Position numbers and translations under genes: made by a program. From Gammaproteobacteria bacterium (lineage in GTDB: Bacteria; Pseudomonadota; Gammaproteobacteria; JAIEPX01): a stretch of 64,000 nucleotides of DNA. Each line of letters begins with the position of its first letter. Position 1 is the first letter of the stretch. Below the pieces are notes generated by a model that did no database searches, was not told the origin of the DNA, and worked only from the letters and a program-made list of their open reading frames with translations. The stretch is taken from positions 1,858 to 65,857 of the forward strand of contig JAIEPX010000012.1 in assembly GCA_019748175.1 (NCBI GenBank). The letters are read 5' to 3'. Below are positions 31,440 to 42,492 of the stretch, one piece after another.

Positions 31440-32816
31440 TTGTTGCGAAAACTTCTAACCATACTGGCTGTCACAACAGTGCTCTTAGCTGTTTCCATAT
31501 GCAATTTGGCCAATGATACCCAAACATACGGCCCAACTACAGCTGACGACCATCTCTGGTACATCGCTCAAAAAACGCGCCCCAATCGTGATATATCTAA
31601 ACAACAGATGATGATTGCCTTACTTAAAGCCAATCCAGAAGCTTTTGCAGACAACAACGTTAATGGTTTACGCGCAGGGCAACATCTTAGAATTCCAACA
31701 CTTGAAGTAATAAAGGCAATTTCGCCCGTTACTGCGCTCCTCCAAATATCTGCCCAAAATCTGAAATGGCTGAACAAAATAGACTTCGAACAGCCTACAC
31801 GCGCAGACGGATCCAAAGCCCCTCCTTTTGGCACCATCAAACACGCACGCGACCCCGAAAGTATTCAAATTCATCAAACTTTTTCCAACCCAACAACTGA
31901 AACTGCCCAAGCTCAAAATACAACTACACTAGAATCAAATTCTGTAACAGTCACGCAACCTATTGTTTCAAAAGAAATTTCACTACCTCCACAACAACGG
32001 CTTTTGAATGAACTCGTTCCATCAATCAGTTTAAATGATCCTTTCACAGACATCCTTCAAGCGGCGTTGCCATCTAATAATTTAAGCACACCTTTTAAGC
32101 CTATCATCTCGTTTAATGTCCCTATTATTCAGGCACTTACATCTGCATTGCAAGCACGTCAGGAAACGAAAACTGCAATTTCTCCTAACGGAATCATTAC
32201 TGCAATCACAGCAGAAACTCTAATAAAAAATGGTATTGCAACACATATTAGCAATTTAACTCAGCAGGTCGATAATTTTATAATTAGATTCAATGACTTA
32301 GATAAATATACTCGAGAAAGACTTGATATCATAGAAGATGAACATGTTGCTATGAAAAATCAAATTGCTTCGCTTGATAAACAATTAAAACAACTCAAAG
32401 AAAATTACTTACAATATTCTACGCCAGTTTTTCATCACTCAGCATTCAGTGACTATGGCATTTGGATTATGGGAAGCAGCGTGCTAGCCTGTTTACTCGT
32501 GCTGATTTTTACCGTTTCCAGAAAGCGTCGCTCCCATGACGATGTGACCAAAAAAATCTCCGCTACAATCACAAAGAAAAAAAGCTTGCCTGAAGAAGAG
32601 GTCGAAATCGTTGAAGTGATTGAAGATGAGTATGACTATCTTGGCAGTCAAGAAGGGGTTGCTGCAAAACTCGATTTAGCTAGAGCGTATATTGATATGG
32701 GTGACTCTTCGCAAGCTGCGCATGTCCTTAATGAGGTAATTACGCATGGCAATGAAGAACAACGTTATAAAGCGCGCAAAATTCTCGCTGATATAATCCA
32801 GGATACTGTACATTAA
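31440..32816 (+). CDS. fimV: FimV-like peptidoglycan-binding protein
   Basis: TTG start. N-terminal signal and LysM domain (DHLWYIAQKTR...GLRAGQHLRIP), a transmembrane segment, and the conserved FimV C-terminal motif LDLARAYIDMGD...A. Confidence 0.7.
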   Translation: MLRKLLTILAVTTVLLAVSICNLANDTQTYGPTTADDHLWYIAQKTRPNRDISKQQMMIALLKANPEAFADNNVNGLRAGQHLRIPTLEVIKAISPVTALLQISAQNLKWLNKIDFEQPTRADGSKAPPFGTIKHARDPESIQIHQTFSNPTTETAQAQNTTTLESNSVTVTQPIVSKEISLPPQQRLLNELVPSISLNDPFTDILQAALPSNNLSTPFKPIISFNVPIIQALTSALQARQETKTAISPNGIITAITAETLIKNGIATHISNLTQQVDNFIIRFNDLDKYTRERLDIIEDEHVAMKNQIASLDKQLKQLKENYLQYSTPVFHHSAFSDYGIWIMGSSVLACLLVLIFTVSRKRRSHDDVTKKISATITKKKSLPEEEVEIVEVIEDEYDYLGSQEGVAAKLDLARAYIDMGDSSQAAHVLNEVITHGNEEQRYKARKILADIIQDTVH

Positions 32817-33613
32817 TGCCAAAATTTGCGATTGGTATAGAATATGATGGCACCCGCTATCATGGTTGGCAAACTCAAGAACCTGGCGTAAAGACAATTC
32901 AATCAGAAATCGAGCTTGCTTTATCAAAAGTCGCCGATGCTCCCATCAGTGTTATTTGTGCAGGCCGCACTGATAAGGGTGTACATGCCGCAGGTCAAGT
33001 CGGTCATTTTATTACAGATGTCGAGCGCCCCATCAAAAACTGGCTTTTGGGCGGCAACACGAATTTACCAAAGGACATTTCTTTGCACTGGATTCGTGAA
33101 GTAGACGAATCCTTTCATGCTAGACATAGCGCATTATCACGTCGTTATCACTATATTATTTTTAATAGACCAATTCGAAGTGCATTGTATCCTCATCGAA
33201 TGAGTTGGCATTTCCGACATTTAGATGCCATGAAAATGCATGAAGCAGGGCAGCACCTCGTGGGTGAACATGATTTTCAATCATTTCGAGATGCGGAGTG
33301 CCAATCGAAAACTTCCATTCGAGATATAAAATCCTTAAATGTCCATCGTCAGGGTGATTTGATTCTAATCGATGTTACCGCCAATGCATTTTTACATCAT
33401 ATGGTACGCAATATCGCAGGGGTATTGATGGTGATTGGAGAAGGGAAGAGAGATGCCCATTGGGCTCTTGAGGTGTTACTTGCCAAAGATCGAACTGCCG
33501 GCGGAATCACCGCGCACCCCTTTGGGCTTTATCTAGTTCACGTGGAATATCCCGCGATTCATGAAATGCCAGAATTTACAGGCCTGCCATTGATGCTCGA
33601 TAGCATACCCTAG
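32816..33613 (+). CDS. truA: tRNA pseudouridine38-40 synthase
   Basis: Catalytic RTDKGVHA motif. 265 aa. Shares 1 nt with the fimV stop codon (TAATG). Confidence 0.9.
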   Translation: MPKFAIGIEYDGTRYHGWQTQEPGVKTIQSEIELALSKVADAPISVICAGRTDKGVHAAGQVGHFITDVERPIKNWLLGGNTNLPKDISLHWIREVDESFHARHSALSRRYHYIIFNRPIRSALYPHRMSWHFRHLDAMKMHEAGQHLVGEHDFQSFRDAECQSKTSIRDIKSLNVHRQGDLILIDVTANAFLHHMVRNIAGVLMVIGEGKRDAHWALEVLLAKDRTAGGITAHPFGLYLVHVEYPAIHEMPEFTGLPLMLDSIP

Positions 33614-33626
33614 CCTCGATATTTGG

Positions 33627-35525
33627 CTATTTTTTACTGGCAGCGGGAGCAGCAGTGCTTTGCGTTTTAAATTCACCTATTTCTTTGATCAATTTCTGAA
33701 ATGGACAGTAGGGAATGTTCATTCTGTTTAATTGCTCATGCACTCTGGATTCATAATAGCTTTTTACTAAAGGTATTTTACAGTTGTCAAATTTACGTAA
33801 TCGATCTCTCAATTCTGCAATGTCATTATAAGCCTTCATTTGCTCTGGGCTTAGTAGATGTTCTTCAGGAACAGCTTTAGTTTTATTTGTGGCGTCAGTT
33901 TGTTCATTTTTATTTAAACTTTCTTTTTGACTTCTGCGCTCAATATAACTTTGATAAGGCGGGTATTTTTCAATTTCCAGTAGATTATTGCGCAGCGTTC
34001 CAAATGTAGACTTATCTTTTGGGAAACCTGGACGTGTCATTGCATTAATATTCCTAAGAGCAGCCTGATAGCCCGGCAAAGCTAATTTTGCCGTAGCTAT
34101 ATTCCTCAAGTTAGTGAGATTTGCTTGAGTTGCATCAATACGTTTAGTTAATGCGGCATACTGATTATTAAGCTCTGCTGGTATGTTAGTCGTTCCCACT
34201 TGGTTTATTTGTGTCTCGAGCATTCTTTTTTCTTCCTTGAGATGCTGCTGATTAGTAGTAATAGACTCTATAACTTCCTTCAATCCGTTAATATCTAAGC
34301 TTCTAAGATCAGTTTTCATCAGCGAACGTGCGTCTTCTATATAATATTCAAATTTTGCCATTTGTAGACCAAGCACATCTAATGCTTTGTCTAAATCAGG
34401 TTTTTTGATTTTACTTTCTGTCGTTGATGTCCAGCTTGGCATTGTTAAATCACTCATGCTTTGCCGCTGAGAATGCTGTGCTAGAGATTTTTCAGCTTTC
34501 TCTAATAATTGAATATCCTCATTTTGTCGTGAAGAATATCCTGTGAATAGCCTTCTGATATCGAGTCCAGTTTTAGGATACTTTCCATTCGCATTAGTCT
34601 TGATATCATTTAACATTGTTTTTAATATTGCGATTTTATCGGCTGGATTATCATATAATCTCAGATACGCTGCTAATGTAGACTCATTCAAATGGCCTTC
34701 ATTAGCAGAGAATATTGATAGTATCAACTTTCTCTGCTCAGCATTGTCTTGTTGTGGCAATTTTTCTCTTATTATCACATTAATTCCAGGCAAGTCTCCT
34801 AACAAGTTGAATATTACAATTGCACGGCCAAGTTCAGGCTTACATTTATCGATTAATTGATTTAGTTGCTCATGGTTAGCTTCATTAAAAAGAAGATCCA
34901 TAATATTGGGATTTTTCATGATGAAGAGGGCGTGGGTTGGATTTTCGATCATGTCGTCCACCACGGCTTGTTTCTTGTGTAAAAATAATTTATATAACTC
35001 ATATTGGATTAGCTTGATACTTTTAGAATCTGAGGGATTATTTTTGAGTATATGATCTTGCAGATTCATTAATAGATTGACTTGAGCCGCTGTAGAATTT
35101 TTTCCATAAAGATTATCATAGTGCCTCAACAGCCCTGATAACACCTCTGTATTTAATTTTGCACCATTAACCAAAAATTGATCTAAATTAGGGTTCTGCA
35201 TTCTAAGAGGAGCTTTATCTACGCCCTCCAGAATCGTTCTAAAATTATTGAGATATCGTTTTTCATCACTTATTATCGCTGTGAAATTTCTTGAGAGAAC
35301 GTCTTGTATTACGAAGTCTATATGATCAACACCTACTTTATTTATAATTTCACCTAGCACTTTTTTTGCCTTTTCTTGGCCGTGTAACTTTACAAGCCCG
35401 TTATACAGTTTATCAAATAATGATGCCGCACCCTTAAAGTCACCATTAACGAATTTCTTGCGAATATTCTGATACTCAGCGACATATGGCGCTAAAGTAT
35501 ATGTATTGTCTACTTTATTATTCAT
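33627..35525 (-). CDS. Hypothetical coiled-coil protein (effector-like) inserted between truA and accD
   Basis: 632 aa, no recognisable domain. Convergent with truA. Confidence 0.5.
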   Translation of the reverse strand: MNNKVDNTYTLAPYVAEYQNIRKKFVNGDFKGAASLFDKLYNGLVKLHGQEKAKKVLGEIINKVGVDHIDFVIQDVLSRNFTAIISDEKRYLNNFRTILEGVDKAPLRMQNPNLDQFLVNGAKLNTEVLSGLLRHYDNLYGKNSTAAQVNLLMNLQDHILKNNPSDSKSIKLIQYELYKLFLHKKQAVVDDMIENPTHALFIMKNPNIMDLLFNEANHEQLNQLIDKCKPELGRAIVIFNLLGDLPGINVIIREKLPQQDNAEQRKLILSIFSANEGHLNESTLAAYLRLYDNPADKIAILKTMLNDIKTNANGKYPKTGLDIRRLFTGYSSRQNEDIQLLEKAEKSLAQHSQRQSMSDLTMPSWTSTTESKIKKPDLDKALDVLGLQMAKFEYYIEDARSLMKTDLRSLDINGLKEVIESITTNQQHLKEEKRMLETQINQVGTTNIPAELNNQYAALTKRIDATQANLTNLRNIATAKLALPGYQAALRNINAMTRPGFPKDKSTFGTLRNNLLEIEKYPPYQSYIERRSQKESLNKNEQTDATNKTKAVPEEHLLSPEQMKAYNDIAELRDRLRKFDNCKIPLVKSYYESRVHEQLNRMNIPYCPFQKLIKEIGEFKTQSTAAPAASKK

Positions 35526-35824
35526 CCACTAAACCCCCTCTATGAGATCATGAAGCGGTGAAGTGCTCACCTCATCTCTTATTACAATTATAGTGTATTA
35601 CCTGGGTGTTTACCGGGCTTCTCTAGGCCGTAAGAAGTCCTTAGCCCTTTCTAGATATCTGTCGCACGTTAGTCCGCCCATCCCAGATATCGCATAACTT
35701 ATTGATTATTCGTGTTATTCTTGCTTTTCGGCAGGTTGTTTATTGGATATCTTGGCTAGGAAATGCTTGCCTTCTAGGGCTATACCCCTATAAAATGATG
35801 GTTTTACGGCTAGGATTCCCAATA

Positions 35825-36718
35825 ATGAGTTGGTTTAAAAAGCTATTGCCTTCGAAAATCGAGTCCGCATCAGGTGGAAAGAAAGGCGTGCCTGAAGGAA
35901 TCTGGAGTAAGTGCGGTAAATGCAGTGCAACATTGTATCGCGCCGAATTAGAACGCAATCTCAATGTCTGTCCAAAATGTGGTTATCACGAAAGACTCTC
36001 TGGAAGAATGCGATTAGCCATTTTTCTTGATGAAGGATCTCATGAAGAAATTGCAGCAGATGTTGGACCGGTTGATTATTTAAAATTTCGTGATACAAAA
36101 AAATATAAAGATCGTTTAGTTGCTGCACAGAAAAAAACGGGTGAAAAAGAAGCACTGATTGTAATGGCTGGAAAATTAAAACAAATCCCTCTCGTAGCCT
36201 GTGCTTTTGATTTTGATTTTATTGGCGGCTCAATGAGTTCCGCTGTAGGTGAACGTTTTGTGCAAGGCGTGCATGCTGCTATCGAAAGAAAAGTGCCTTT
36301 CATTTGCTTTTCGAGTAGTGGGGGAGCGCGAATGCAAGAAAGTGTTATTTCGCTCATGCAAATGAGTAAAACAAGTGCCGCACTTGCAAGACTTTCAGCC
36401 GCAAAACTGCCTTATTTTTCGATTTTACTGGATCCTACGACTGGTGGTGTTTCAGCTAGTTTAGCAACCTTAGGCGATGTGATTATTGCAGAACCCGAAG
36501 CTTTAATCGGATTTACTGGACCGCGTGTAATCGAACAAACTGTGCGTGAAAAATTACCCGAAGGTTTTCAACGCAGTGAATTTTTACTTGAACATGGCGC
36601 TATTGATATGATTGTAGATCGCCGTGAAATGCGCAACACAGTCGCAAGATTATTGGCAAAATTAACACACTGCCCACAACCCTTAGCCGATGAAATAAAT
36701 ACTTCAACAACTTCTTGA
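35825..36718 (+). CDS. accD: Acetyl-CoA carboxylase carboxyltransferase beta subunit
   Basis: Start refined to MSWFKKLLP. 4-Cys zinc ribbon CGKCSA...CPKCGYH and the carboxyltransferase domain. Confidence 0.9.
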   Translation: MSWFKKLLPSKIESASGGKKGVPEGIWSKCGKCSATLYRAELERNLNVCPKCGYHERLSGRMRLAIFLDEGSHEEIAADVGPVDYLKFRDTKKYKDRLVAAQKKTGEKEALIVMAGKLKQIPLVACAFDFDFIGGSMSSAVGERFVQGVHAAIERKVPFICFSSSGGARMQESVISLMQMSKTSAALARLSAAKLPYFSILLDPTTGGVSASLATLGDVIIAEPEALIGFTGPRVIEQTVREKLPEGFQRSEFLLEHGAIDMIVDRREMRNTVARLLAKLTHCPQPLADEINTSTTS

Positions 36719-36731
36719 GAACTCTAAAACA

Positions 36732-38000
36732 ATGAAGTTAGGCTACGATTTAGATTCTTGGTTATCGGCAATCGCAGAACGGCATTCTCCCGACATTATT
36801 TTAGGTCTCGATAGAATTAACCAGATCGCTGAAAGACTACAATTAACTCATTTTGACTGTCCTGTCATTACCGTTGCAGGTACTAATGGAAAAGGCAGCA
36901 CCGTCGCCACACTACAAAGACTGTATTCCAACGCAGGCTATAAAATAGGCTCCTATTATTCTCCTCATTTACATCATTTCAGTGAGCGAATACAGATTAA
37001 TAATAAACCGGTAGATGAACCTGTAATTTGTGATGCATTCCAGACTTTATCTACCGAGATTTCTGATGCACCACTGACATTTTTTGAATTTATTACGCTC
37101 GCTGCATTGATCATTTTCAAAAAAAATGACTTAGATATTTTGGTTCTGGAAGTAGGCTTAGGCGGGCGTTTAGATGCCGTCAATTGTGTTGAAAATTCTA
37201 TCGCCATCCTCACACAAATTGATTTCGATCATTGTGATCGATTAGGTGATAATCGTGAGGCCATTGGCTTCGAAAAAGCGGGCATTTTTCGGGAAAATAA
37301 AATCGCTATTTGTGGGGATCTTTCACCTCCGAGCTCGGTGATCAATCAAGCCAAACTATTGAATTGTGATTTTTATACACATGGCAAAGATTTTTATATC
37401 GAACAGCAGAGTAGTACTTTATGGAATTGGAAAATGCGCGGAAAAGAACTACGTGATATCGCAACACCTCGCGTTCCTCAAACCAGTGTAGCTTGTGCCT
37501 TGGTGGCTGCACAATTATTACAACGCTATTTGCCTGTTACAGATCAATGCATGTTTGATGCTGCTCAGAATACGAGATTAGCAGGGCGATTTGAAGTCAT
37601 ACAAGATCAATGTCCGATTATTTTTGATGTAGCGCATAATCCATCGGCGGTAGAATTACTCGCGCTAAACCTCATGAAAGAAGAGCATTCTGGCAGAACC
37701 ATCGCGTTATTTAGTGTACTTGCGGATAAGGACTGTCAAGGAATGATCGAACCTATGAAGAGAATTATTCATGAATGGCATGTTTTCCCGCTGGAAACAC
37801 CTAGAGCCAGTCCCACAACGGAAATTATTCAGCATATAAAAGCCACTTCAGAGGGAGCTTGTCATCATCACGCCGATGCGACTACAATGTGGCAACACTT
37901 GAAGGGACGACTTACATCACAGGATAGGGTAGTCGTTTTTGGGTCTTTTTATACCGTGGCCGCAGTACAATGCGCCATAACACTTGAAGAGAATCGCTGA
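36732..38000 (+). CDS. folC: Bifunctional folylpolyglutamate synthase/dihydrofolate synthase
   Basis: P-loop VAGTNGKGST and Mur-ligase family domains. Follows accD as in E. coli. Confidence 0.85.
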   Translation: MKLGYDLDSWLSAIAERHSPDIILGLDRINQIAERLQLTHFDCPVITVAGTNGKGSTVATLQRLYSNAGYKIGSYYSPHLHHFSERIQINNKPVDEPVICDAFQTLSTEISDAPLTFFEFITLAALIIFKKNDLDILVLEVGLGGRLDAVNCVENSIAILTQIDFDHCDRLGDNREAIGFEKAGIFRENKIAICGDLSPPSSVINQAKLLNCDFYTHGKDFYIEQQSSTLWNWKMRGKELRDIATPRVPQTSVACALVAAQLLQRYLPVTDQCMFDAAQNTRLAGRFEVIQDQCPIIFDVAHNPSAVELLALNLMKEEHSGRTIALFSVLADKDCQGMIEPMKRIIHEWHVFPLETPRASPTTEIIQHIKATSEGACHHHADATTMWQHLKGRLTSQDRVVVFGSFYTVAAVQCAITLEENR

Positions 38001-38011
38001 GGGAAACTGCT

Positions 38012-38887
38012 ATGGAAATGAAACAACGAATTATCGGAATTATAGTGCTTGTTGCACTGGCTATTCTATTAGTGCCATTAATTTTCGATAGTGAAGTTGC
38101 ATTACCACCGCCTAATCATCTTCCTGTTGCAAACGCTCAACCCATCAAAAATGAGGGAAAAACAGTTGCTTATCAGGCCCCAACTATCAAACCAGCACAA
38201 ATTCAAGAATCGTCTGATAAAGCGCTGCTTCATAACACAAAAGAGTTAGCTACATCAGATACAAATGATAGTGAAGATCATGAAAGTTTTGCGACAAATG
38301 ATGATGACGCTCAAACACCTTCACCTGAAGATGATTTGCTCGATAAACCGGTGCCCCAAGAGCCTCAAAATCATCCAATTTTACCCAAAGAGACTGTTGT
38401 TAAAGCGAAAGAAACATCGACCAACAGTAAATCAGCCAATGATGATTTAGTGAAAGAAGCCGCGCTTAAAATAGCCATTCAAAAAGAAAATTCAGAAAAA
38501 ATGATAGCGACAAAAAAAATTGCTGATAAACAAAACAGCAAAGTCAATCCACAACAACATAGAGAGTTTAGTTTATCTTCCGATAAGCCAAAAAAACAAA
38601 ATATTGGGAACTCTATAGTACTCAAGCAAAATGAGAATATTGTTGCTGGAACTGGCGCATGGGCAATTCAGCTAGGTAGTTTCTCTGAAATAGCCAATGC
38701 AAATAAATTAGCCAATCAGCTAAAATCTAAAGGATTTAATGCATTTACTGAACGAGATAAGTTAAGAAACAATGTGCATCGCGTGTTGGTAGGGCCTGCA
38801 CACGACCGAAATACTGCTGAAAAGACTATGGCACAATTAAAAAGCAACTTGAATATTCAAGGTATTGTTGTGAGGTACAAACGATGA
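38012..38887 (+). CDS. DedD-like SPOR-domain cell-division protein
   Basis: N-terminal transmembrane helix, low-complexity linker, and C-terminal SPOR domain (WAIQLGSFSEIANANKLANQLKSKGFNA). In the position of dedD. Confidence 0.65.
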   Translation: MEMKQRIIGIIVLVALAILLVPLIFDSEVALPPPNHLPVANAQPIKNEGKTVAYQAPTIKPAQIQESSDKALLHNTKELATSDTNDSEDHESFATNDDDAQTPSPEDDLLDKPVPQEPQNHPILPKETVVKAKETSTNSKSANDDLVKEAALKIAIQKENSEKMIATKKIADKQNSKVNPQQHREFSLSSDKPKKQNIGNSIVLKQNENIVAGTGAWAIQLGSFSEIANANKLANQLKSKGFNAFTERDKLRNNVHRVLVGPAHDRNTAEKTMAQLKSNLNIQGIVVRYKR

Positions 38888-39432
38888 TCGATTTATTAAT
38901 CAATCTTAATGTCACAGACTTTATTATTTTAGGTTTGATCATCCTCTCAGTGATTATTAGTATATCACGAGGATTTATTCGCGAAGCATTATCACTAACA
39001 ACATGGTTAATTGCAGCTTATCTAGCCTTTACACTCTCATCAGGATTAGGTGAGAAATTATCAGGCGTAATCAGCAGTTCATCCATACGAATGGTCGTCG
39101 CGTTTCTAGCAATATTTTTATCGATTGTCATTATTGGTGCAATTCTTAGTTTCTTTCTTAGTAAATTGATCTCCATTTCAGGATTAGGCCTTATTGATCG
39201 GATTCTCGGAATCCTTTTTGGTGCTGCACGGGGAATTTTATTAGTCGCTTTACTTGTGTTAATGATTCAAGGATCAGCCTTCATTGATCGAGATTGGTGG
39301 AAATCATCTCAATTAATTCCGGAATTCAAACCTATCACTTCGGCAATGGAAGAATTGATTCCAAAAGACGTCGAAAAAACTGAAATTACGGTAGAAGGCA
39401 AAGATAAAAAAGAAGAACCCCACAAAAAATAG
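38884..39432 (+). CDS. cvpA: Colicin V production protein CvpA
   Basis: Four-transmembrane-helix small membrane protein, syntenic after dedD. Confidence 0.7.
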   Translation: MIDLLINLNVTDFIILGLIILSVIISISRGFIREALSLTTWLIAAYLAFTLSSGLGEKLSGVISSSSIRMVVAFLAIFLSIVIIGAILSFFLSKLISISGLGLIDRILGILFGAARGILLVALLVLMIQGSAFIDRDWWKSSQLIPEFKPITSAMEELIPKDVEKTEITVEGKDKKEEPHKK

Positions 39433-39452
39433 AATACGTGAGTTAAGCAGCA

Positions 39453-40058
39453 TTGAATACAGTACAATTACTTGAAATCGACACATTTTTACTCTGTCCC
39501 ACTCCTGACGCCTGGATACAGTCCGCCATCGCCAATCAAGAATTACTCTTGGTAGATCATGCACAATGTGAAAAAAAAGCCGCCGCGACTGCCTTAAGTA
39601 TGATTTACCGATATCCTGATCGGACTGAACTTCTCCAGAAAATGTCACGAATCGCACGAGAAGAGTTACGACATTTTGAACACGTATTAAAATTTATCGT
39701 GGTTCGAGGTTTTCAATACGTTCATTTAGCCCCCTCACGTTATGCGGGTGGTTTAAAAAAACACGCTAGGAATTCTTTATTAGAGCATCTTGTCGACACA
39801 TTAATTATCGGTGCTTTCATCGAAGCACGTTCATGCGAACGTTTCAAAAAATTAGCTCCGCATCTCGATGACGAACTCAGCCAATTTTATAGAGGGTTAT
39901 TAGCCTCCGAATCTCGCCATTTTCAAGAATACATTAAATTGGCAGAGCATTACGCTCAAGAGGATATCTCTTCTCGCATCAGTGCATTGGCTATCATAGA
40001 AGCTGAATTAATTACTTCTCCTGATACTGAATTCCGATTCCATAGTGGTGTCGTCTAG
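39453..40058 (+). CDS. miaE: tRNA-(ms2io6A)-hydroxylase MiaE-like di-iron protein
   Basis: Ferritin-like E-x-x-H motifs (REELRHFEH, ESRHFQEY). Confidence 0.6.
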   Translation: MNTVQLLEIDTFLLCPTPDAWIQSAIANQELLLVDHAQCEKKAAATALSMIYRYPDRTELLQKMSRIAREELRHFEHVLKFIVVRGFQYVHLAPSRYAGGLKKHARNSLLEHLVDTLIIGAFIEARSCERFKKLAPHLDDELSQFYRGLLASESRHFQEYIKLAEHYAQEDISSRISALAIIEAELITSPDTEFRFHSGVV

Positions 40059-40837
40059 CTCCAAGAAGGAGCCCGTTTTTCGAAGAATGCACTGAGACCT
40101 TCTTGAGCTTCGGAAGAGACGCGAATTTGGGCGAGGAGTTGAGCCGTTTTTTCAAGCTCGCCTGCGGGTGTGATTGAAAGATCCTGAATTAATTTTTTGG
40201 TGGTGGCCATTGCAATGGGACCATTGTTCAGAAGTTGTGCAATGATAGTGTCAGCAGTTGCAACGAGTAGTGAATCGTTGACAACGCTATGAACTAAACC
40301 AATATGATAAGCTTCTTCTGAAGTAAACGCTTCGGCTGTTAAAGCAAAATGTCTGAGTTGTCTCGCACCGATCGCACGCAAAACATGAGGCGCAATAGTA
40401 GCAGGTACAAGACCTAATTTTACTTCTGAGAGTGCAAAAGAGGCTGAATGTGCAGCAATAGCAATATCGCAACACGCTATTAGACCAACACCCCCTCCAA
40501 ATGCTGAGCCTTGAATCACAGCAACTGTGGGTTTAGGAAACGTGTTAAGTGTTTGCAATAATCGGGCGAGTAGAGCAGCATCTTCTTGATTTTCTGCATC
40601 TGTGAGTGTAGTGGCATTTTTAAACCATTTTAAATCACCACCGGCACAAAAATATTTTCCTTTCGCATTAATTTTGATCACACGTATGCTTGGATCTAGA
40701 GCAAATTCATCGAGCGTTTTTTGTAATTGTTTAATCAGATTCACATCAAAAGCATTATGTTGTTGCAATCGATTAAATGTTAAAGTTGCAATGCCATGAT
40801 TGCAGTCGACAAGAAGATGTTCACTTTCTGTTACCAT
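40055..40837 (-). CDS. liuC: Enoyl-CoA hydratase (methylglutaconyl-CoA hydratase-like)
   Basis: Crotonase fold (FCAGGDLKW, ...GSAFGGG). Last gene of the liu-like operon. Confidence 0.75.
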   Translation of the reverse strand: MVTESEHLLVDCNHGIATLTFNRLQQHNAFDVNLIKQLQKTLDEFALDPSIRVIKINAKGKYFCAGGDLKWFKNATTLTDAENQEDAALLARLLQTLNTFPKPTVAVIQGSAFGGGVGLIACCDIAIAAHSASFALSEVKLGLVPATIAPHVLRAIGARQLRHFALTAEAFTSEEAYHIGLVHSVVNDSLLVATADTIIAQLLNNGPIAMATTKKLIQDLSITPAGELEKTAQLLAQIRVSSEAQEGLSAFFEKRAPSWS

Positions 40838-40868
40838 GATTAACGTCCTTTGGTTAGTTCATAATAAA

Positions 40869-42476
40869 TTACATTCTGAATACACCATACTGAGTTGAGT
40901 GAATTGGTGCATTTAAAGCTGCTGAAATTCCAATTCCTAGCACTTTACGAGTATCCTTAGGGTCAATGATACCATCATCCCATAACCGTGCACTAGCATA
41001 GTAAGGATTACCCTGAGTTTCATATTGACGCCGAATATTGTTCATAAAAGCTTCCTCTTCGGCAGGAGGCCATTGAGTTCCGTCACGCGCATTTTTTTCA
41101 CGAGTCACTTGAGCCAATACTTGAGCAGCCTGTTCGCCACCCATTACCGATATTCGCGCATTTGGCCATGTCCACAAAAATCGGGGGGCATAGGCTCGAC
41201 CACACATGGCATAATTTCCAGCGCCAAAACTTCCGCCAATAATCACAGTAAATTTAGGCACATTTGAACAGGCAACAGCCATAACCATTTTCGCGCCATG
41301 TTTTGCAATACCTTCATTTTCGTATTTTCGGCCCACCATAAATCCATTTATATTTTGCAGAAAAACTAATGGTATTTTTCTTTGATTACATAATTCAATA
41401 AAGTGAGTGCCTTTTTGAGCAGATTCAGAAAATAAAATGCCGTTATTTGCAATAATGCCTACTGGGTAGCCGTATATATGGGCGAATCCACACACTAATG
41501 TCCCACCATACAATGCTTTAAATTCATCCAATTCTGAACCATCTACAATTCGACCAATAATTTCTCGAACATCATACGGTCGACGAGGATCAGCATTAAC
41601 AATTCCATATAACTCTTCAATATCATGTTCAGGAGAACGCGCATCTAAAGTATTCAACGATATTGTTTTTCTGCGATTAAGATTTGAAACAGCTCGGCGC
41701 GCTAATTGTAGAGCGTGTTGATCATCGTTAGCATAATAATCTGCGACACCGGAAATTTTACAATGCACATCAGCACCCCCTAATTCTTCAGCAGTGACTT
41801 GTTCACCCGTTGCTGCTTTTACTAATGGTGGTCCACCCAAAAAAATCGTCGCTTGATTTTTCACCATAATCGATACATCTGCCATAGCAGGAACATAAGC
41901 GCCACCTGCGGTACAGGATCCCATTACTACAGCAATTTGGGGAATATTCTGACGCGAGAGTTGGGCTTGATTATAAAATATTCGACCAAAATGATCTCTA
42001 TCAGGAAATACTTCATCTTGTGCAGGTAAAAACGCACCACCTGAATCCACCAAATAAACACAGGGTAAATGATTTTGAGCCGCAATTTCTTGTGCGCGTA
42101 AATGTTTTTTAACTGTAATCGGAAAATAGGTACCGCCTTTCACTGTTGCATCATTCACCACGATCATGCATTCCTGGCCTTCGATCTTGCCAACTCCAGT
42201 AATTAAACCACCACATGGTACTGGCTCATCGTACAATTCATAACCCGCAAATTGTGATAATTCCAAAAAAGGTGAACCAGGATCCACTAATTTTGTAATT
42301 CGATCGCGAGGTAATAATTTCCCATGTTTAACATGTCGATCTCGACCTTTTACATTACCACCAGCAGTAATCGATGATAATTTGGCGCGAAAATCCTCAA
42401 CGAGTCCTTTCATCGCATCTGTATTTTTTTTAAATGTTTCACTACTGGTCTTTACCGTAGAAGCTAATGTGTTCAT
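40869..42476 (-). CDS. liuB: Methylcrotonyl-CoA carboxylase carboxyltransferase (beta) subunit
   Basis: Start refined to MNTLAST, with a GGAGAAAGGA ribosome-binding site. Acyl-CoA carboxyltransferase domains. Confidence 0.85.
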   Translation of the reverse strand: MNTLASTVKTSSETFKKNTDAMKGLVEDFRAKLSSITAGGNVKGRDRHVKHGKLLPRDRITKLVDPGSPFLELSQFAGYELYDEPVPCGGLITGVGKIEGQECMIVVNDATVKGGTYFPITVKKHLRAQEIAAQNHLPCVYLVDSGGAFLPAQDEVFPDRDHFGRIFYNQAQLSRQNIPQIAVVMGSCTAGGAYVPAMADVSIMVKNQATIFLGGPPLVKAATGEQVTAEELGGADVHCKISGVADYYANDDQHALQLARRAVSNLNRRKTISLNTLDARSPEHDIEELYGIVNADPRRPYDVREIIGRIVDGSELDEFKALYGGTLVCGFAHIYGYPVGIIANNGILFSESAQKGTHFIELCNQRKIPLVFLQNINGFMVGRKYENEGIAKHGAKMVMAVACSNVPKFTVIIGGSFGAGNYAMCGRAYAPRFLWTWPNARISVMGGEQAAQVLAQVTREKNARDGTQWPPAEEEAFMNNIRRQYETQGNPYYASARLWDDGIIDPKDTRKVLGIGISAALNAPIHSTQYGVFRM

Positions 42477-42492
42477 TCCTTTCTCCATTAAA

